45,287 bases of DNA, taken from positions 1 to 45,287 of IMG/VR virus record IMGVR_UViG_3300016722_000157. One strand, written 5' to 3'. A program made the translations under genes and the position numbers. The notes under the pieces were generated by a model. It was not told where the DNA came from. It ran no database searches and was given only the letters and a program-made list of their open reading frames with translations. The stretch is from a virus (Duplodnaviria; Caudoviricetes). Shown piece after piece: positions 17,023 to 26,381 of the stretch. Every line of letters begins with the position of its first letter. Within the stretch, counting starts at the first letter, position 1.

Positions 17023-17421
17023 ATGAAAATAGGATTTATATTATTGGCTATATGGATAATATCCGTAATAGCCACAATTATCATTCAGGAGTATTTGAAT
17101 AGAAAACGATTCACAGGTACCGAGGGAAATGTTCCAATGCCAAACGAAAATGGTACCAGAAAATACATTCCAATCCGAATAGTTGGAAGCAAATGTTACG
17201 GAATGCGTTATAATCATATTCGTGAAATGACTATTAAAGGGGTGAGAGTCGAATATGTGGATGGAGTTTATATAAGGAAAGATCCGTATGATATTAGTGG
17301 TCACCGAAATCTGGACTCTGCTATTGTATATCATTTGATATGCAATGAAGAAAAAGATATCTTCTCGATGCAGGAGGGAGATGTATTCGATTCCAAGGAA
17401 GATTTATTAAAACATTTATAA
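17023..17421 (+). CDS. Membrane-anchored hypothetical protein
   Basis: N-terminal TM MKIGFILLAIWIISVIATIII; C-terminal VFDSKEDLL. Confidence 0.65.
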   Translation: MKIGFILLAIWIISVIATIIIQEYLNRKRFTGTEGNVPMPNENGTRKYIPIRIVGSKCYGMRYNHIREMTIKGVRVEYVDGVYIRKDPYDISGHRNLDSAIVYHLICNEEKDIFSMQEGDVFDSKEDLLKHL

Positions 17422-17442
17422 ACCGCTATAAAATAAAAAAAA

Positions 17443-17760
17443 ATGAAAAAATTAATTGAATTAGATTATTTAGAAGTAGACGGAGCGGATAAAGTTTTGC
17501 TACCGGCAAATTACCCATCGAACGGAATGTTCATAGTAAATGATGGTACTTATTTATCTATGGCTAATGTTAGAAATAAAAACGGAGAAAACGCCGGGTA
17601 TGTAGATATAACACCTATCCCGGCTTCATATAAAATATTAGACAGCGAGAATTCTATTCAAATTAAAGAGGAAGTTCCTAAACGTAATGGAGTAGGAGAG
17701 TGGGTGAGCGGAAAGACGTTGAAAGAAATTATTCAAATACTAATAGACAAGAAGTCATGA
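17443..17760 (+). CDS. Hypothetical protein
   Basis: 105 aa; A-rich start. Confidence 0.65.
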   Translation: MKKLIELDYLEVDGADKVLLPANYPSNGMFIVNDGTYLSMANVRNKNGENAGYVDITPIPASYKILDSENSIQIKEEVPKRNGVGEWVSGKTLKEIIQILIDKKS

Positions 17761-18218
17761 GTGTAAAAATAACCATAAGATTTAGTGAGAACATGGCCCT
17801 TAGAATTCAAGAGCTATCCAAAATGCACGGTAAAAGTCAAAGCGTAATAATAAAAGCGCTTATACTAAACAGTTTGAACGCTATTATAGACAAAGACGGA
17901 AATTACATAACTTCTCCTAATAGAGAGACCGTTTTAAGTCTAATAGCTAAAAACTATGCAAGACTTAGAGACGTATGTAATGTGAATTCAAGTGGCATCT
18001 ATTGCTCTAGGAGTAAAGAGGATATTTTCGGAGATACCGTTCTTCTTGTATCGAGAGATGAAGGAACATCAGTAATGACCGAAAAGGAACTTATCGAGCA
18101 TTTTAAATACAGATATAACATGATCCTATATCAAAATGTTCATAACGAGAAGAAAAGAAAGGGGGTTAATTATGCCGACAATATACAAACCAAAGAAAGA
18201 AAAGGAGAAACGTATTGA
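17757..18218 (+). CDS. Putative regulator: N-terminal RHH + sigma-70 region 2-like domain
   Basis: KITIRFSENMALRIQELSKMHGKSQSVIIKALI (RHH); NYARLR...KEDIFGDTVL (ECF sigma2-like). Confidence 0.55.
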   Translation: MSVKITIRFSENMALRIQELSKMHGKSQSVIIKALILNSLNAIIDKDGNYITSPNRETVLSLIAKNYARLRDVCNVNSSGIYCSRSKEDIFGDTVLLVSRDEGTSVMTEKELIEHFKYRYNMILYQNVHNEKKRKGVNYADNIQTKERKGETY

Positions 18219-18480
18219 TAACTACTATACTGAAAGGCAGAGGATATACAACTCTGAAAGATGGCATAAACTATCGGAATATAAGCGATCTGTAACGCCA
18301 CTTTGCGAGCTTTGCGAAGAGAAAGGAATAACAAGGCCCGCCGAAGATGTTCACCATATCATTTCTTTCATGAAAGGACACGATAGGGGAGAAAGGGAGG
18401 AATTGGCTTACAATTACAACAATCTCATGAGTCTTTGCAAAGAGTGCCACCAGAATATACACAATAAACGCCTACGCTAA
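18172..18480 (+). CDS. HNH endonuclease, HK97 gp74-like packaging cofactor
   Basis: YNSERW, PLCELC, EDVHHI, NLMSLCKECHQNIH. Confidence 0.9.
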   Translation: MPTIYKPKKEKEKRIDNYYTERQRIYNSERWHKLSEYKRSVTPLCELCEEKGITRPAEDVHHIISFMKGHDRGEREELAYNYNNLMSLCKECHQNIHNKRLR

Positions 18481-18497
18481 AAACGTGGGCGTTTTTT
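18466..18497 (+). terminator. Terminator ending the early/middle operon
   Basis: AAACGCCTACG-ctaaaaa-CGTGGGCGTTT plus T tail. Confidence 0.75.
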
Positions 18498-18655
18498 ATA
18501 CAATCTAATATACTACTTCAACCTCACGGTTTGTTTTATAAGGATTTGTGCAGATAAAGTAATACGGATGGTTGTAAATAATTTGCTATAATAATAAATG
18601 AAACCAGAATAATAGGTCTTTCATTTTAATTTATAATACGCATTCATTCAGATAT

Positions 18656-20320
18656 CTACGACAAAAAAAGATTATCTAAAATTCTAATAGTCTTTATCGC
18701 CTTATAAAAGATATCATTAAGTATTTCTTGATTATGTTTGGTACCTATCTCAAAATATGAGATTATATTTTTCCGTTTACTCATATTTGAGCTCTTTCTA
18801 TGGGCCACATCAAATGAACGTAGAGCTTGTAATTCTCTTAAAAAATCAAACATGTCTGGAATTGAAGATCTTTGAGATATAATAAATAATTCAAATTTAT
18901 CTATTCCTTTTTTAATATTCTCCACTGTTTCAATTTCTCTCTTTTTTAAAAATTCAGTTATTTCTTCTTTTTTATCAATACAAATATTACTCATCAGCTC
19001 TTTTTCATTCAAAGAATCTATAAATAATTTTACCAATGATAAAATTTGTTCATCAAAATCTGAATCATTGTCTAAAGTTGTTAAGCAATGCAATGTTTTA
19101 AAACGATGTTGATCTTCTAATATTAAAGGGAGAAACAAATACCAACCATATCTTTGATACCACTTTTCGTTTAGAGACTTATATTTTTGTTTAAATACAA
19201 AATCTGGACTGATAGGATTAGACCAATTGCCAAGTATCCATCTTTCATAAGCCGTTTTGCTCAAAGCCCCACCAGGAGGTGGAGCGATATTGAAGCCCTT
19301 CCAATAGAATTGCTCCTTATAATTTAATTTACCCAAATCAACTAACATTACGATAACATATTTCTCGCAATTATTATCAACCCTCAAGCTCCATGTTCCA
19401 TCGCAAGTAATTAAGCCATCACTTACTGTATATTTATTAGAATTGCCATAATATTTATTCAATACTTCTTTAGAGAAAAAAACTGGCGTTAATTCTATAG
19501 GTTCATTCTCTTTTTTGCAAAAATAGTTTGATAGAAAATCTATATTACACGTGTGTGACAACTCATTTCCATCATCATCATATCCAATTATAAAATCCAA
19601 ATATTTATCATTATCCTTAGCAAAAGGGTAAAAATTCATATCTTTCTCATATCGCAAAATACATTTTCCAACTATCCATCCAAAAGAACATATATCTTTT
19701 CTAAGGAATCTAGTGATGTTGGTATAATTATATATATAATCATCACCCTTCACTATTTTGTTACGAATGGGTTTTATAGAAAGTTCTTTATAAGTCTTAT
19801 GGCTACTATTTTCTATATCAAAGAATATTAGTAAATTTATTTTTCTTACCGCTAAGTATTTCTTTACATATATAGCTTTAATAAATAACTTCATATCAGA
19901 TATTTTGGCTACAATATTTTCAGAACCATTATCATCTATTATAATGTAATTCTTTTCTTTTTCAGAAATATATTGTTCATGTATGTTATGGTACATTCTA
20001 AACTCTTCTGATAATTCAATATATGGTGGGTGGGTGCCATAGCTATTTCTATAAAAAACAAATGGTTCACATTTCTTGTGACAGAATCTATCATAGTTGG
20101 TGATTCTATCGCTACCTGTATTTTTTAAAGAAACCCCAGGCATACCATCTCCTGGTGATAAATCCCAAGTATAGTTATTTAATACATCTGACATATTTTC
20201 ATCACTTACCAATGCCGAATGTATACATTCATCGCTTACAGTTATCCAGCCGTCATCTATAAATTTTTTAGATATTTTATTTTTTATATCTTCACATAAA
20301 ATGTAACTTTTTTCATCCAT
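18656..20320 (-). CDS. 554-aa cargo protein with C-terminal HEPN-like motif; candidate defence RNase
   Basis: Long AT-rich ORF; LQALRSFDVAHRK (Rx5H) in a helical C-terminus. Confidence 0.55.
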   Translation of the reverse strand: MDEKSYILCEDIKNKISKKFIDDGWITVSDECIHSALVSDENMSDVLNNYTWDLSPGDGMPGVSLKNTGSDRITNYDRFCHKKCEPFVFYRNSYGTHPPYIELSEEFRMYHNIHEQYISEKEKNYIIIDDNGSENIVAKISDMKLFIKAIYVKKYLAVRKINLLIFFDIENSSHKTYKELSIKPIRNKIVKGDDYIYNYTNITRFLRKDICSFGWIVGKCILRYEKDMNFYPFAKDNDKYLDFIIGYDDDGNELSHTCNIDFLSNYFCKKENEPIELTPVFFSKEVLNKYYGNSNKYTVSDGLITCDGTWSLRVDNNCEKYVIVMLVDLGKLNYKEQFYWKGFNIAPPPGGALSKTAYERWILGNWSNPISPDFVFKQKYKSLNEKWYQRYGWYLFLPLILEDQHRFKTLHCLTTLDNDSDFDEQILSLVKLFIDSLNEKELMSNICIDKKEEITEFLKKREIETVENIKKGIDKFELFIISQRSSIPDMFDFLRELQALRSFDVAHRKSSNMSKRKNIISYFEIGTKHNQEILNDIFYKAIKTIRILDNLFLS

Positions 20321-20723
20321 AATTAATAATTTATATTCTATTTTGAAGAAGCTGTTTATCTTAAATTAGATGTTAGATATCAGCGCACTAATTGAATAAA
20401 TCTCCGTAACTTTATATTCGTCAATACAATAAGTATTAATTATTGTTCAAATAACTTCCCTTATAAACACTGGCAAGTTATTAAGAATATATTAGAAATC
20501 AAAGAAAGCGAAAAACATTCTTTGAGAAATATGAGAAATGCCATAAAAAATTACATTATGACAAATCAAGCTTAAAAAAATTATCAAATAAATTTAAAAC
20601 GACCTTTAATCATGTTCGAACGATTATATGAATACTGAAGAGGGAACGCAGCACTTATTGGAGTATTCTGAAAACCACAAAATGTATTTTATCGGAGACT
20701 TATATTTTATGAGAAATATAATA

Positions 20724-21284
20724 TCATTTATCAGGCAATCCAATGCGAGATTGATAAAATGCAAAACGTTGACTAATTTTTTCGCGATAAAGTTCACGCA
20801 ACGAACACACACGTTTATTTATATTGTCGTACATGTATTCCGTATTTATCGTAAAAAAATGCTTGAAATCTATAATTAAATCAGGAGACGTACATTTATC
20901 ATCAAAATGAAGATAATGATAACGTGGATCTTCATTATTCACTATTTTTTGTCCTTCAGTCCTATTGAGAGAAATACCTCTTCCTGTATCAAATATTCCA
21001 CCCCAGTGTTGCCCTTGCTTGAAACTATCAATATTGAATAAAGGAGCAACAATAAGATGAAATAAACGACAGTCCTTATTAGAATTATTACCGTTATTCC
21101 TCTCGCGAAAATCACTATTTAAATCACAATCCTGATTAAGACATATAATAAGAGGGAATTTAATATATTGTACACTAATTTTATCATTTTCCTTATTAAA
21201 CTTTTCAATAATTGTTAAATCTTGGAATATATCACATTGTGATATTCTTTGTATTGTTTGATTCTTTATTTTGGCTGATATCAT
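20724..21284 (-). CDS. Putative PemK/MazF-fold toxin-like protein
   Basis: QCDIF, IICLNQDCD, LIVAPL, LIIDFKHFFTI, RVCSL follow the PemK motif order. Confidence 0.45.
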   Translation of the reverse strand: MISAKIKNQTIQRISQCDIFQDLTIIEKFNKENDKISVQYIKFPLIICLNQDCDLNSDFRERNNGNNSNKDCRLFHLIVAPLFNIDSFKQGQHWGGIFDTGRGISLNRTEGQKIVNNEDPRYHYLHFDDKCTSPDLIIDFKHFFTINTEYMYDNINKRVCSLRELYREKISQRFAFYQSRIGLPDK

Positions 21285-21411
21285 ACTCGTCGGTCACTTT
21301 ATATACTTTTAAGATTCGTTTTGGTATTGTAGTTTCAGGAAGTTTAATACTAAATAATGATTCTTGGGAATCTATATCTTCTGGCAGACTAATGTATTTT
21401 TCTTCATTCAT
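21232..21411 (-). CDS. 59-aa probably disordered protein absent from the ORF track
   Basis: MNEEKYISLPEDIDSQESLFS...KNITM; TAATG coupling to upstream gene; 53-nt overlap with downstream gene. Confidence 0.6.
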   Translation of the reverse strand: MNEEKYISLPEDIDSQESLFSIKLPETTIPKRILKVYKVTDEYDISQNKESNNTKNITM

Positions 21412-22139
21412 TATTTTATAGATGTAATGTAAGTCTCTTTAATGTAGTTTGTAAAAACCTCAAATGCTGCATGATTATATTCTTTGATAGAATCTTCCCA
21501 ATTTTCAATATTTTGAAGGCCGCTATTATATACGTCTATGTCTAATAATAAATCATAACACGTTATTACAGATGGATAAAATTTGTTGGGAATACCAAAC
21601 TGAACACAAACATAATGTTCTTCCTCTTGAAACTCTTCCAAAATTATCGCACGAGTTATATTACTCTTTTTTAAAGAATCATTTATTCCGCGAGCTTTTG
21701 AAGTTTCAAATATTTTATTAATATCCGTTTTTTTAATACAAGGAAAATTATTTATATATCGCATTCCAATGCGCCTTGCTTTAATATCTGGTAATTGCTC
21801 TTCTAGGCATTTGATAATTTCCAATACACGATCTTTATAAATGCTATTATCTTTATAATGCTTAGACTCAAGAACTATAGATTTTTCTCGTGGAGAAAGT
21901 TTTAGTAATGTACCTTCACCTCCATCAAAGATAAAGGTTTCAAATAACTGTTCAGTTACCTGTATATTATTTAAATCTAAATTATAGTTATGGCATGTCT
22001 CAGTTTTAAAGCTTAAGTATTTATCTTTAAGATTATTTGCTAGCATTTTAAAGTCTATTTTAATATTTTCTTGCAGATCAATACGCAGAAAAAAATGGCT
22101 TATTTTATTTTTTGTAAGTGTTTTACTTTCGCCTGACAT
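21411..22139 (-). CDS. TIGR04255-like family protein
   Basis: FLRID, RRIGMRYIN, LLLDIDVY, HAAFEVF. Confidence 0.75.
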   Translation of the reverse strand: MSGESKTLTKNKISHFFLRIDLQENIKIDFKMLANNLKDKYLSFKTETCHNYNLDLNNIQVTEQLFETFIFDGGEGTLLKLSPREKSIVLESKHYKDNSIYKDRVLEIIKCLEEQLPDIKARRIGMRYINNFPCIKKTDINKIFETSKARGINDSLKKSNITRAIILEEFQEEEHYVCVQFGIPNKFYPSVITCYDLLLDIDVYNSGLQNIENWEDSIKEYNHAAFEVFTNYIKETYITSIK

Positions 22140-22222
22140 AGTATTACAATATTAAGAGTTTAACATTAAAAAATAACGTTTTTAACAACTAGTACTTACA
22201 CATCTCACCCTTTATTTATACG

Positions 22223-22253
22223 CAAATATAAAAGTTATTCTTGTAATATCAAA
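22223..22253 (-). promoter_or_regulatory. Bacteroidota housekeeping promoter for the cargo operon
   Basis: Minus strand TTTG-N19-TATATTTG, downstream of the late-operon terminator. Confidence 0.75.
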
Positions 22254-22276
22254 TATTTCACTATGTAAAAATAAAA

Positions 22277-22316
22277 AATAATATAAGGCGATCATTTCTG
22301 ACCGCCTTATATTATT
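22277..22316 (-). terminator. Terminator after the lysis cassette
   Basis: AATAATATAAGGCG...CGCCTTATATTATT 14-bp inverted repeat. Confidence 0.75.
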
Positions 22317-22343
22317 CGGATATTATCTCTTCAACCTCTCGGT

Positions 22344-22763
22344 TTACTTCTTTATTTTATCCTTCACAAATATATAAACTCCTGACGAGATAACCAACAC
22401 AATCAATGCAATAATAGTGATTCTGCCGGTATTCATTTCTATCTTTTGCCACTTGGTGAGTTGCTTCTCTACAGGATAAGGAACACGAATAGAATCGGTT
22501 TTATTAAAATAGACGCTGTCCGTGCCGAAGATGTACTTGTTTATGTATTTCGTCCGATACTTATTCAAAAATACCGTATCTCCTTTGATATACGAAGAAA
22601 TCGAATCATGTAAATAGATGGAATCATGTTTTTGCACAAGTTTATCGACATACTTCGTTTCCGTTCGTACACTTTCAACCGGTACATACTTAACCGATCG
22701 GCATGAGGTCAGCAACATCATAAATATGATGATAGTGTATATGTACGTTTGCTTTCGTTTCAT
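22344..22763 (-). CDS. Spanin-like lipoprotein with unimolecular topology
   Basis: Lipobox LTSC; beta-rich middle; C-terminal TM; follows holin and endolysin. Confidence 0.65.
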   Translation of the reverse strand: MKRKQTYIYTIIIFMMLLTSCRSVKYVPVESVRTETKYVDKLVQKHDSIYLHDSISSYIKGDTVFLNKYRTKYINKYIFGTDSVYFNKTDSIRVPYPVEKQLTKWQKIEMNTGRITIIALIVLVISSGVYIFVKDKIKK

Positions 22764-22767
22764 ATCA

Positions 22768-23178
22768 TCAATCTTTAATGGTTATCAAAACATCTTCTTT
22801 ATCGGCTAAAGTATTCTGAATGCGTTTATTGAACTCATCAGACCACTTGCGTGAATTAGTCAGACCACCTATTAAGGTATTCTCGCCAACAAGAATGCAG
22901 CCTTCCGTATCTTCAGCCTTATTACCGGGATGAATGCGAATGGCTTCAAACTGCGGAACGCTGTTAATGAGTGGCATTACTCGTTTGAACTTGGGGGAGT
23001 AAGTCATCGTTACCCGGTAAGTTCCGGCAGGAATGGCCGTCCTGCCGAAAACTTTGGATTCTTTTGTAAGGTCTCTGACTTTATCTTCAAGTGTGTTGCA
23101 GAAGTATTTCCCATCGATGGCCATCTTTCCGATGGTATACGTCTCTTTTTTCCAAAGTCTGTCAACCGTTATTTTCAT
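22768..23178 (-). CDS. Putative endolysin, DUF5675-like
   Basis: YTIGKM, FCNTLED, TAIPAGTY, IRIHPGN, TEGCILVG. Confidence 0.8.
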   Translation of the reverse strand: MKITVDRLWKKETYTIGKMAIDGKYFCNTLEDKVRDLTKESKVFGRTAIPAGTYRVTMTYSPKFKRVMPLINSVPQFEAIRIHPGNKAEDTEGCILVGENTLIGGLTNSRKWSDEFNKRIQNTLADKEDVLITIKD

Positions 23179-23635
23179 TGCCCTTTTCCTCCTGTTGTTT
23201 AATGATATTGAAAATCTTATCGGCTTTATCCTGACCATAAGCAGTGGCAATACTTTGCATCATGGCAATCGGATCGTGTGTTTCGGTCCGTCCTTTGTGC
23301 ATGTTCTCCCGGATAGAAATAACCTCTATGATTATCTCTGATATGGCACAAAGAGTACAAAGTACTGGAAAGTCAACAAAAAAGGAAAGGCAGCAATCTA
23401 TCAGAAACATCAGAAAATAATACATCATATAGTCTCTGTCCTTACTTATAGTCTGACGAAGTCCGAACGATGTTGTTTTAAAGTTACCTAATCGCTTACT
23501 GGCCTTGATGCCGGTAACCAAGTCAAAGATACTTGATATGTTTATAATAACAGCCAAAACCGCAGATACAAGCAACCACATTGCTATTTTTGAGGTTTCT
23601 CCTGTGAGGAGATATGATATAAATAACATCTTCAT
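23162..23635 (-). CDS. Holin
   Basis: About three TM segments; DLVTGI...KA; EVISIREN; overlaps endolysin. Confidence 0.8.
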   Translation of the reverse strand: MKMLFISYLLTGETSKIAMWLLVSAVLAVIINISSIFDLVTGIKASKRLGNFKTTSFGLRQTISKDRDYMMYYFLMFLIDCCLSFFVDFPVLCTLCAISEIIIEVISIRENMHKGRTETHDPIAMMQSIATAYGQDKADKIFNIIKQQEEKGNENNG

Positions 23636-23931
23636 TATTTGCCCTCCTCGCTTTCTATGGTACCTTCCACTTTCGTTTTAATTTCGGTAACCAACTGATT
23701 GAAAACTGCCACATGAGCAAACAAGGTACTGCCGTCATTTACATTCGCTGAAGCATCATTACCGTAAGCCATGTTTCCGAGATATTGTCCTTGCTTGTCT
23801 TTAATAGTACAGCCGCAAGCAGTCAGTTTGTTACCCACGTATCTGTACTCAATTTCATACTTGGCCGTCTCAGTTTCATAAGAACCGGTAACGGTCGTTT
23901 CAACTTTTGTTTCAACAATCAAATTTGTCAT
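23635..23931 (-). CDS. Hypothetical protein
   Basis: 98 aa; between tail fibre and holin. Confidence 0.65.
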   Translation of the reverse strand: MTNLIVETKVETTVTGSYETETAKYEIEYRYVGNKLTACGCTIKDKQGQYLGNMAYGNDASANVNDGSTLFAHVAVFNQLVTEIKTKVEGTIESEEGK

Positions 23932-23936
23932 AATCT

Positions 23937-24197
23937 TTATTTTTTAGGATTGATAATCTTGTAAAAGCCCTCTTTGATGAAAGCTTTGTAATACTTCTCT
24001 AGAAACTTCTTCACGATTTCCACCTCTTCGTTTGTAAGATCGACCTTTTCTTGAAGGTAAATTTTTCGGGCAAGTTCGAGTTCTCCGATGTCTTGAGTTT
24101 CAGCATAAATGGTATTACCCAAATCTTTCGATATGTCCAGCACTTGTTCTTTGCCTTCGATATCTTGTGTTTTGATTTCTCTAAAATTAATTTTCAT
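23937..24197 (-). CDS. Hypothetical protein, possible fibre chaperone
   Basis: 86 aa; follows the fibre gene. Confidence 0.65.
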   Translation of the reverse strand: MKINFREIKTQDIEGKEQVLDISKDLGNTIYAETQDIGELELARKIYLQEKVDLTNEEVEIVKKFLEKYYKAFIKEGFYKIINPKK

Positions 24198-24224
24198 TGT
24201 CTTTATTGTTTTGTTTATATTTAG

Positions 24225-26378
24225 TTACATTCTTGTGGTATAATCAATCCACCATATATTATATGTTCTATTCCAAAGTAATATGACTCCTTGCCATCCA
24301 CCAACATCTACTGTCGTATTAGTGTTTGACCTATTTTTATATGTTATAAAATGTCCCCCGCCTGAAATAGTGACGCCTCCCGATTCACATCTTCTTATGT
24401 AATAAGCTTGGTTATCTTTTGGACTAGATGGCAGATATAATGTTATCCAATTAGTGTTGAAAGTGAAAATGGTGCTATCCATGTCGTCTAATGTCTGACT
24501 AGTACTTAGATTCCTGCTACGGGGCCTGAATCCACAAATACTCCCAGACGGTATATATAAGGCATGGTTACCGCTCCTTAAATCATCATCATATTGAGTG
24601 GCACCTGTTGCATTAATATATAGTCCTATGTTTGAATCACTACTTCCGCTTGCTTCACAGGCACAAGCAAGTACCGGTATGTTAGGACTGTCTTTTCGAT
24701 TGTTTTGAAATACCGCGGTCGACATCATGCCGGTAGTAGATGATAGAACGTTTTCACCGATTCTCACCGATGTACCATGACTAATATTCCAAAGGGATAT
24801 AGCAGCGTCACTATCGGATCCTTGATTTGTGAGCTTATTTCCATCAATACGCAGAGCTCCGATCGTACCAGTATTGGCTGTTATTTTCCCTGAAACATCG
24901 GCATTGGTCATTTTCACCGTATCGACGCTTAAATTTTTAATGGTGGCGTTACCCGCATCTATCGTTTGGGCACTGATACCTTGAGCAACAACGTTTTTAA
25001 CGTCTATCAAACTCATCTTCAGAAAAGCACCGCTTATTAAGCCTTCCTCTTTCATCGCCTGTTCTACTAGGCTTTTATAGGCGAGATCGCCCAAACTTTT
25101 TGTTAGAGTACCTAAGCTGTTATTGGCATTATTCGCCGAATCCTGTGCGCTCTTAATACGTCCGTCCACATCACTATAATCGGATAGGGATTTGAATGAA
25201 ACCATTCCTGTAAGGCTGATCTTCTTACCGAAAAGAGAAATACCACCTGTATCGATAGCGAATGAAGCTTTTATTTCGTCGGTAGTTGGTGTAGCGTCCA
25301 CTTCTGTCGTATCAAACACCGTAGCATAAGCCACATACCAAGTAACCGTTCCGCTACCTGTCAAATAGAAGAAGTTTGTCGAGCTGAATGTACCGGTAGC
25401 CCCACATGTCAGGACACAAACATATTCTGTCCAAGTACCTGTACCTTTTTGAGAAGTCAACCATTTTAGGCTTCCCCCGGACCCATAAGCATTTGATGCC
25501 CAATTTATCGTATAACCGATAGGAATATTAGCTATAATTCTGGTGACAAGAATCGCCCCGGCACGTGTCTGTGTTGCAAAATAGAAACCGCCCAAACCTG
25601 GAGAGGCTGTTCCTGTATTATCAACTTTCAAACAATAGCCCGAGCTATTTGGATTTCCACTAATGCCGGAAGTCCGGACTACCGTAACCGTTCCGCCTCC
25701 GCTATTGTTATAGACGTTGATACCATTATTTCCGCTCGAAAATGTCGGATCACGATACAACATCTTGCCCCTCATATAAGAAGCGATGTTTGCCGTTTGT
25801 TGGGCGACGGTAAGGCAGATTGCATCGGGGGTTATACTCGCTTCGGCCGATTTCATTCGACCGCCCAAATCAGTAACATCCTTTTGTGACGCTTTTAAAG
25901 CTATGTCTTTCGAATTCTGTTCAATCTTAGTAGACTGCTCCAAAACAGTCTTGCTGAGGGTATCAACAGTAGTTTTAGTTGCATAGCTTGTCATTTGGTC
26001 GCCTACAATTGACTGCGTATAGGATTTGACAATCGTGTAATCAACGACGGTAAACGAATACCTCTCTATCTTGACAAAACTACCATAAACAATCTTTATA
26101 TCGACATATCCCGATTTGGTGTTATTCGGTACAGATACAATGGACACATTAAGTCCCGAAATGCCGGCAGAGCAATTTGAAACGGAATCGATTGAAATGA
26201 CAGGAGTGACGGCCGTAGAACCCTGATAGAGTTTTACGGTCGTACTTGCTGCGGACAAACCATTTACGACCCCATTAGAATCGGCATTGAGCATAACGGA
26301 ATAGGAGCTGAGAGAGCAGCTATAACCGTCCTTAGTCGCTCTCTTAACCGTAAATGTGTTCTGTGCCAGCATCGTCAT
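24225..26378 (-). CDS. Tail fibre / receptor-binding protein with CBM-like insert
   Basis: Ig-like N-terminus; coiled coil; aromatic-rich beta-sandwich; ITANTGTIG fibre motif. Confidence 0.7.
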   Translation of the reverse strand: MTMLAQNTFTVKRATKDGYSCSLSSYSVMLNADSNGVVNGLSAASTTVKLYQGSTAVTPVISIDSVSNCSAGISGLNVSIVSVPNNTKSGYVDIKIVYGSFVKIERYSFTVVDYTIVKSYTQSIVGDQMTSYATKTTVDTLSKTVLEQSTKIEQNSKDIALKASQKDVTDLGGRMKSAEASITPDAICLTVAQQTANIASYMRGKMLYRDPTFSSGNNGINVYNNSGGGTVTVVRTSGISGNPNSSGYCLKVDNTGTASPGLGGFYFATQTRAGAILVTRIIANIPIGYTINWASNAYGSGGSLKWLTSQKGTGTWTEYVCVLTCGATGTFSSTNFFYLTGSGTVTWYVAYATVFDTTEVDATPTTDEIKASFAIDTGGISLFGKKISLTGMVSFKSLSDYSDVDGRIKSAQDSANNANNSLGTLTKSLGDLAYKSLVEQAMKEEGLISGAFLKMSLIDVKNVVAQGISAQTIDAGNATIKNLSVDTVKMTNADVSGKITANTGTIGALRIDGNKLTNQGSDSDAAISLWNISHGTSVRIGENVLSSTTGMMSTAVFQNNRKDSPNIPVLACACEASGSSDSNIGLYINATGATQYDDDLRSGNHALYIPSGSICGFRPRSRNLSTSQTLDDMDSTIFTFNTNWITLYLPSSPKDNQAYYIRRCESGGVTISGGGHFITYKNRSNTNTTVDVGGWQGVILLWNRTYNIWWIDYTTRM

Positions 26379-26381
26379 ATC

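Noticed and set aside
20624-20879. ORFs 20624-20812 (-) and 20628-20879 (+)
   Set aside because: Overlap the 186-aa gene in other frames; no start context or motifs
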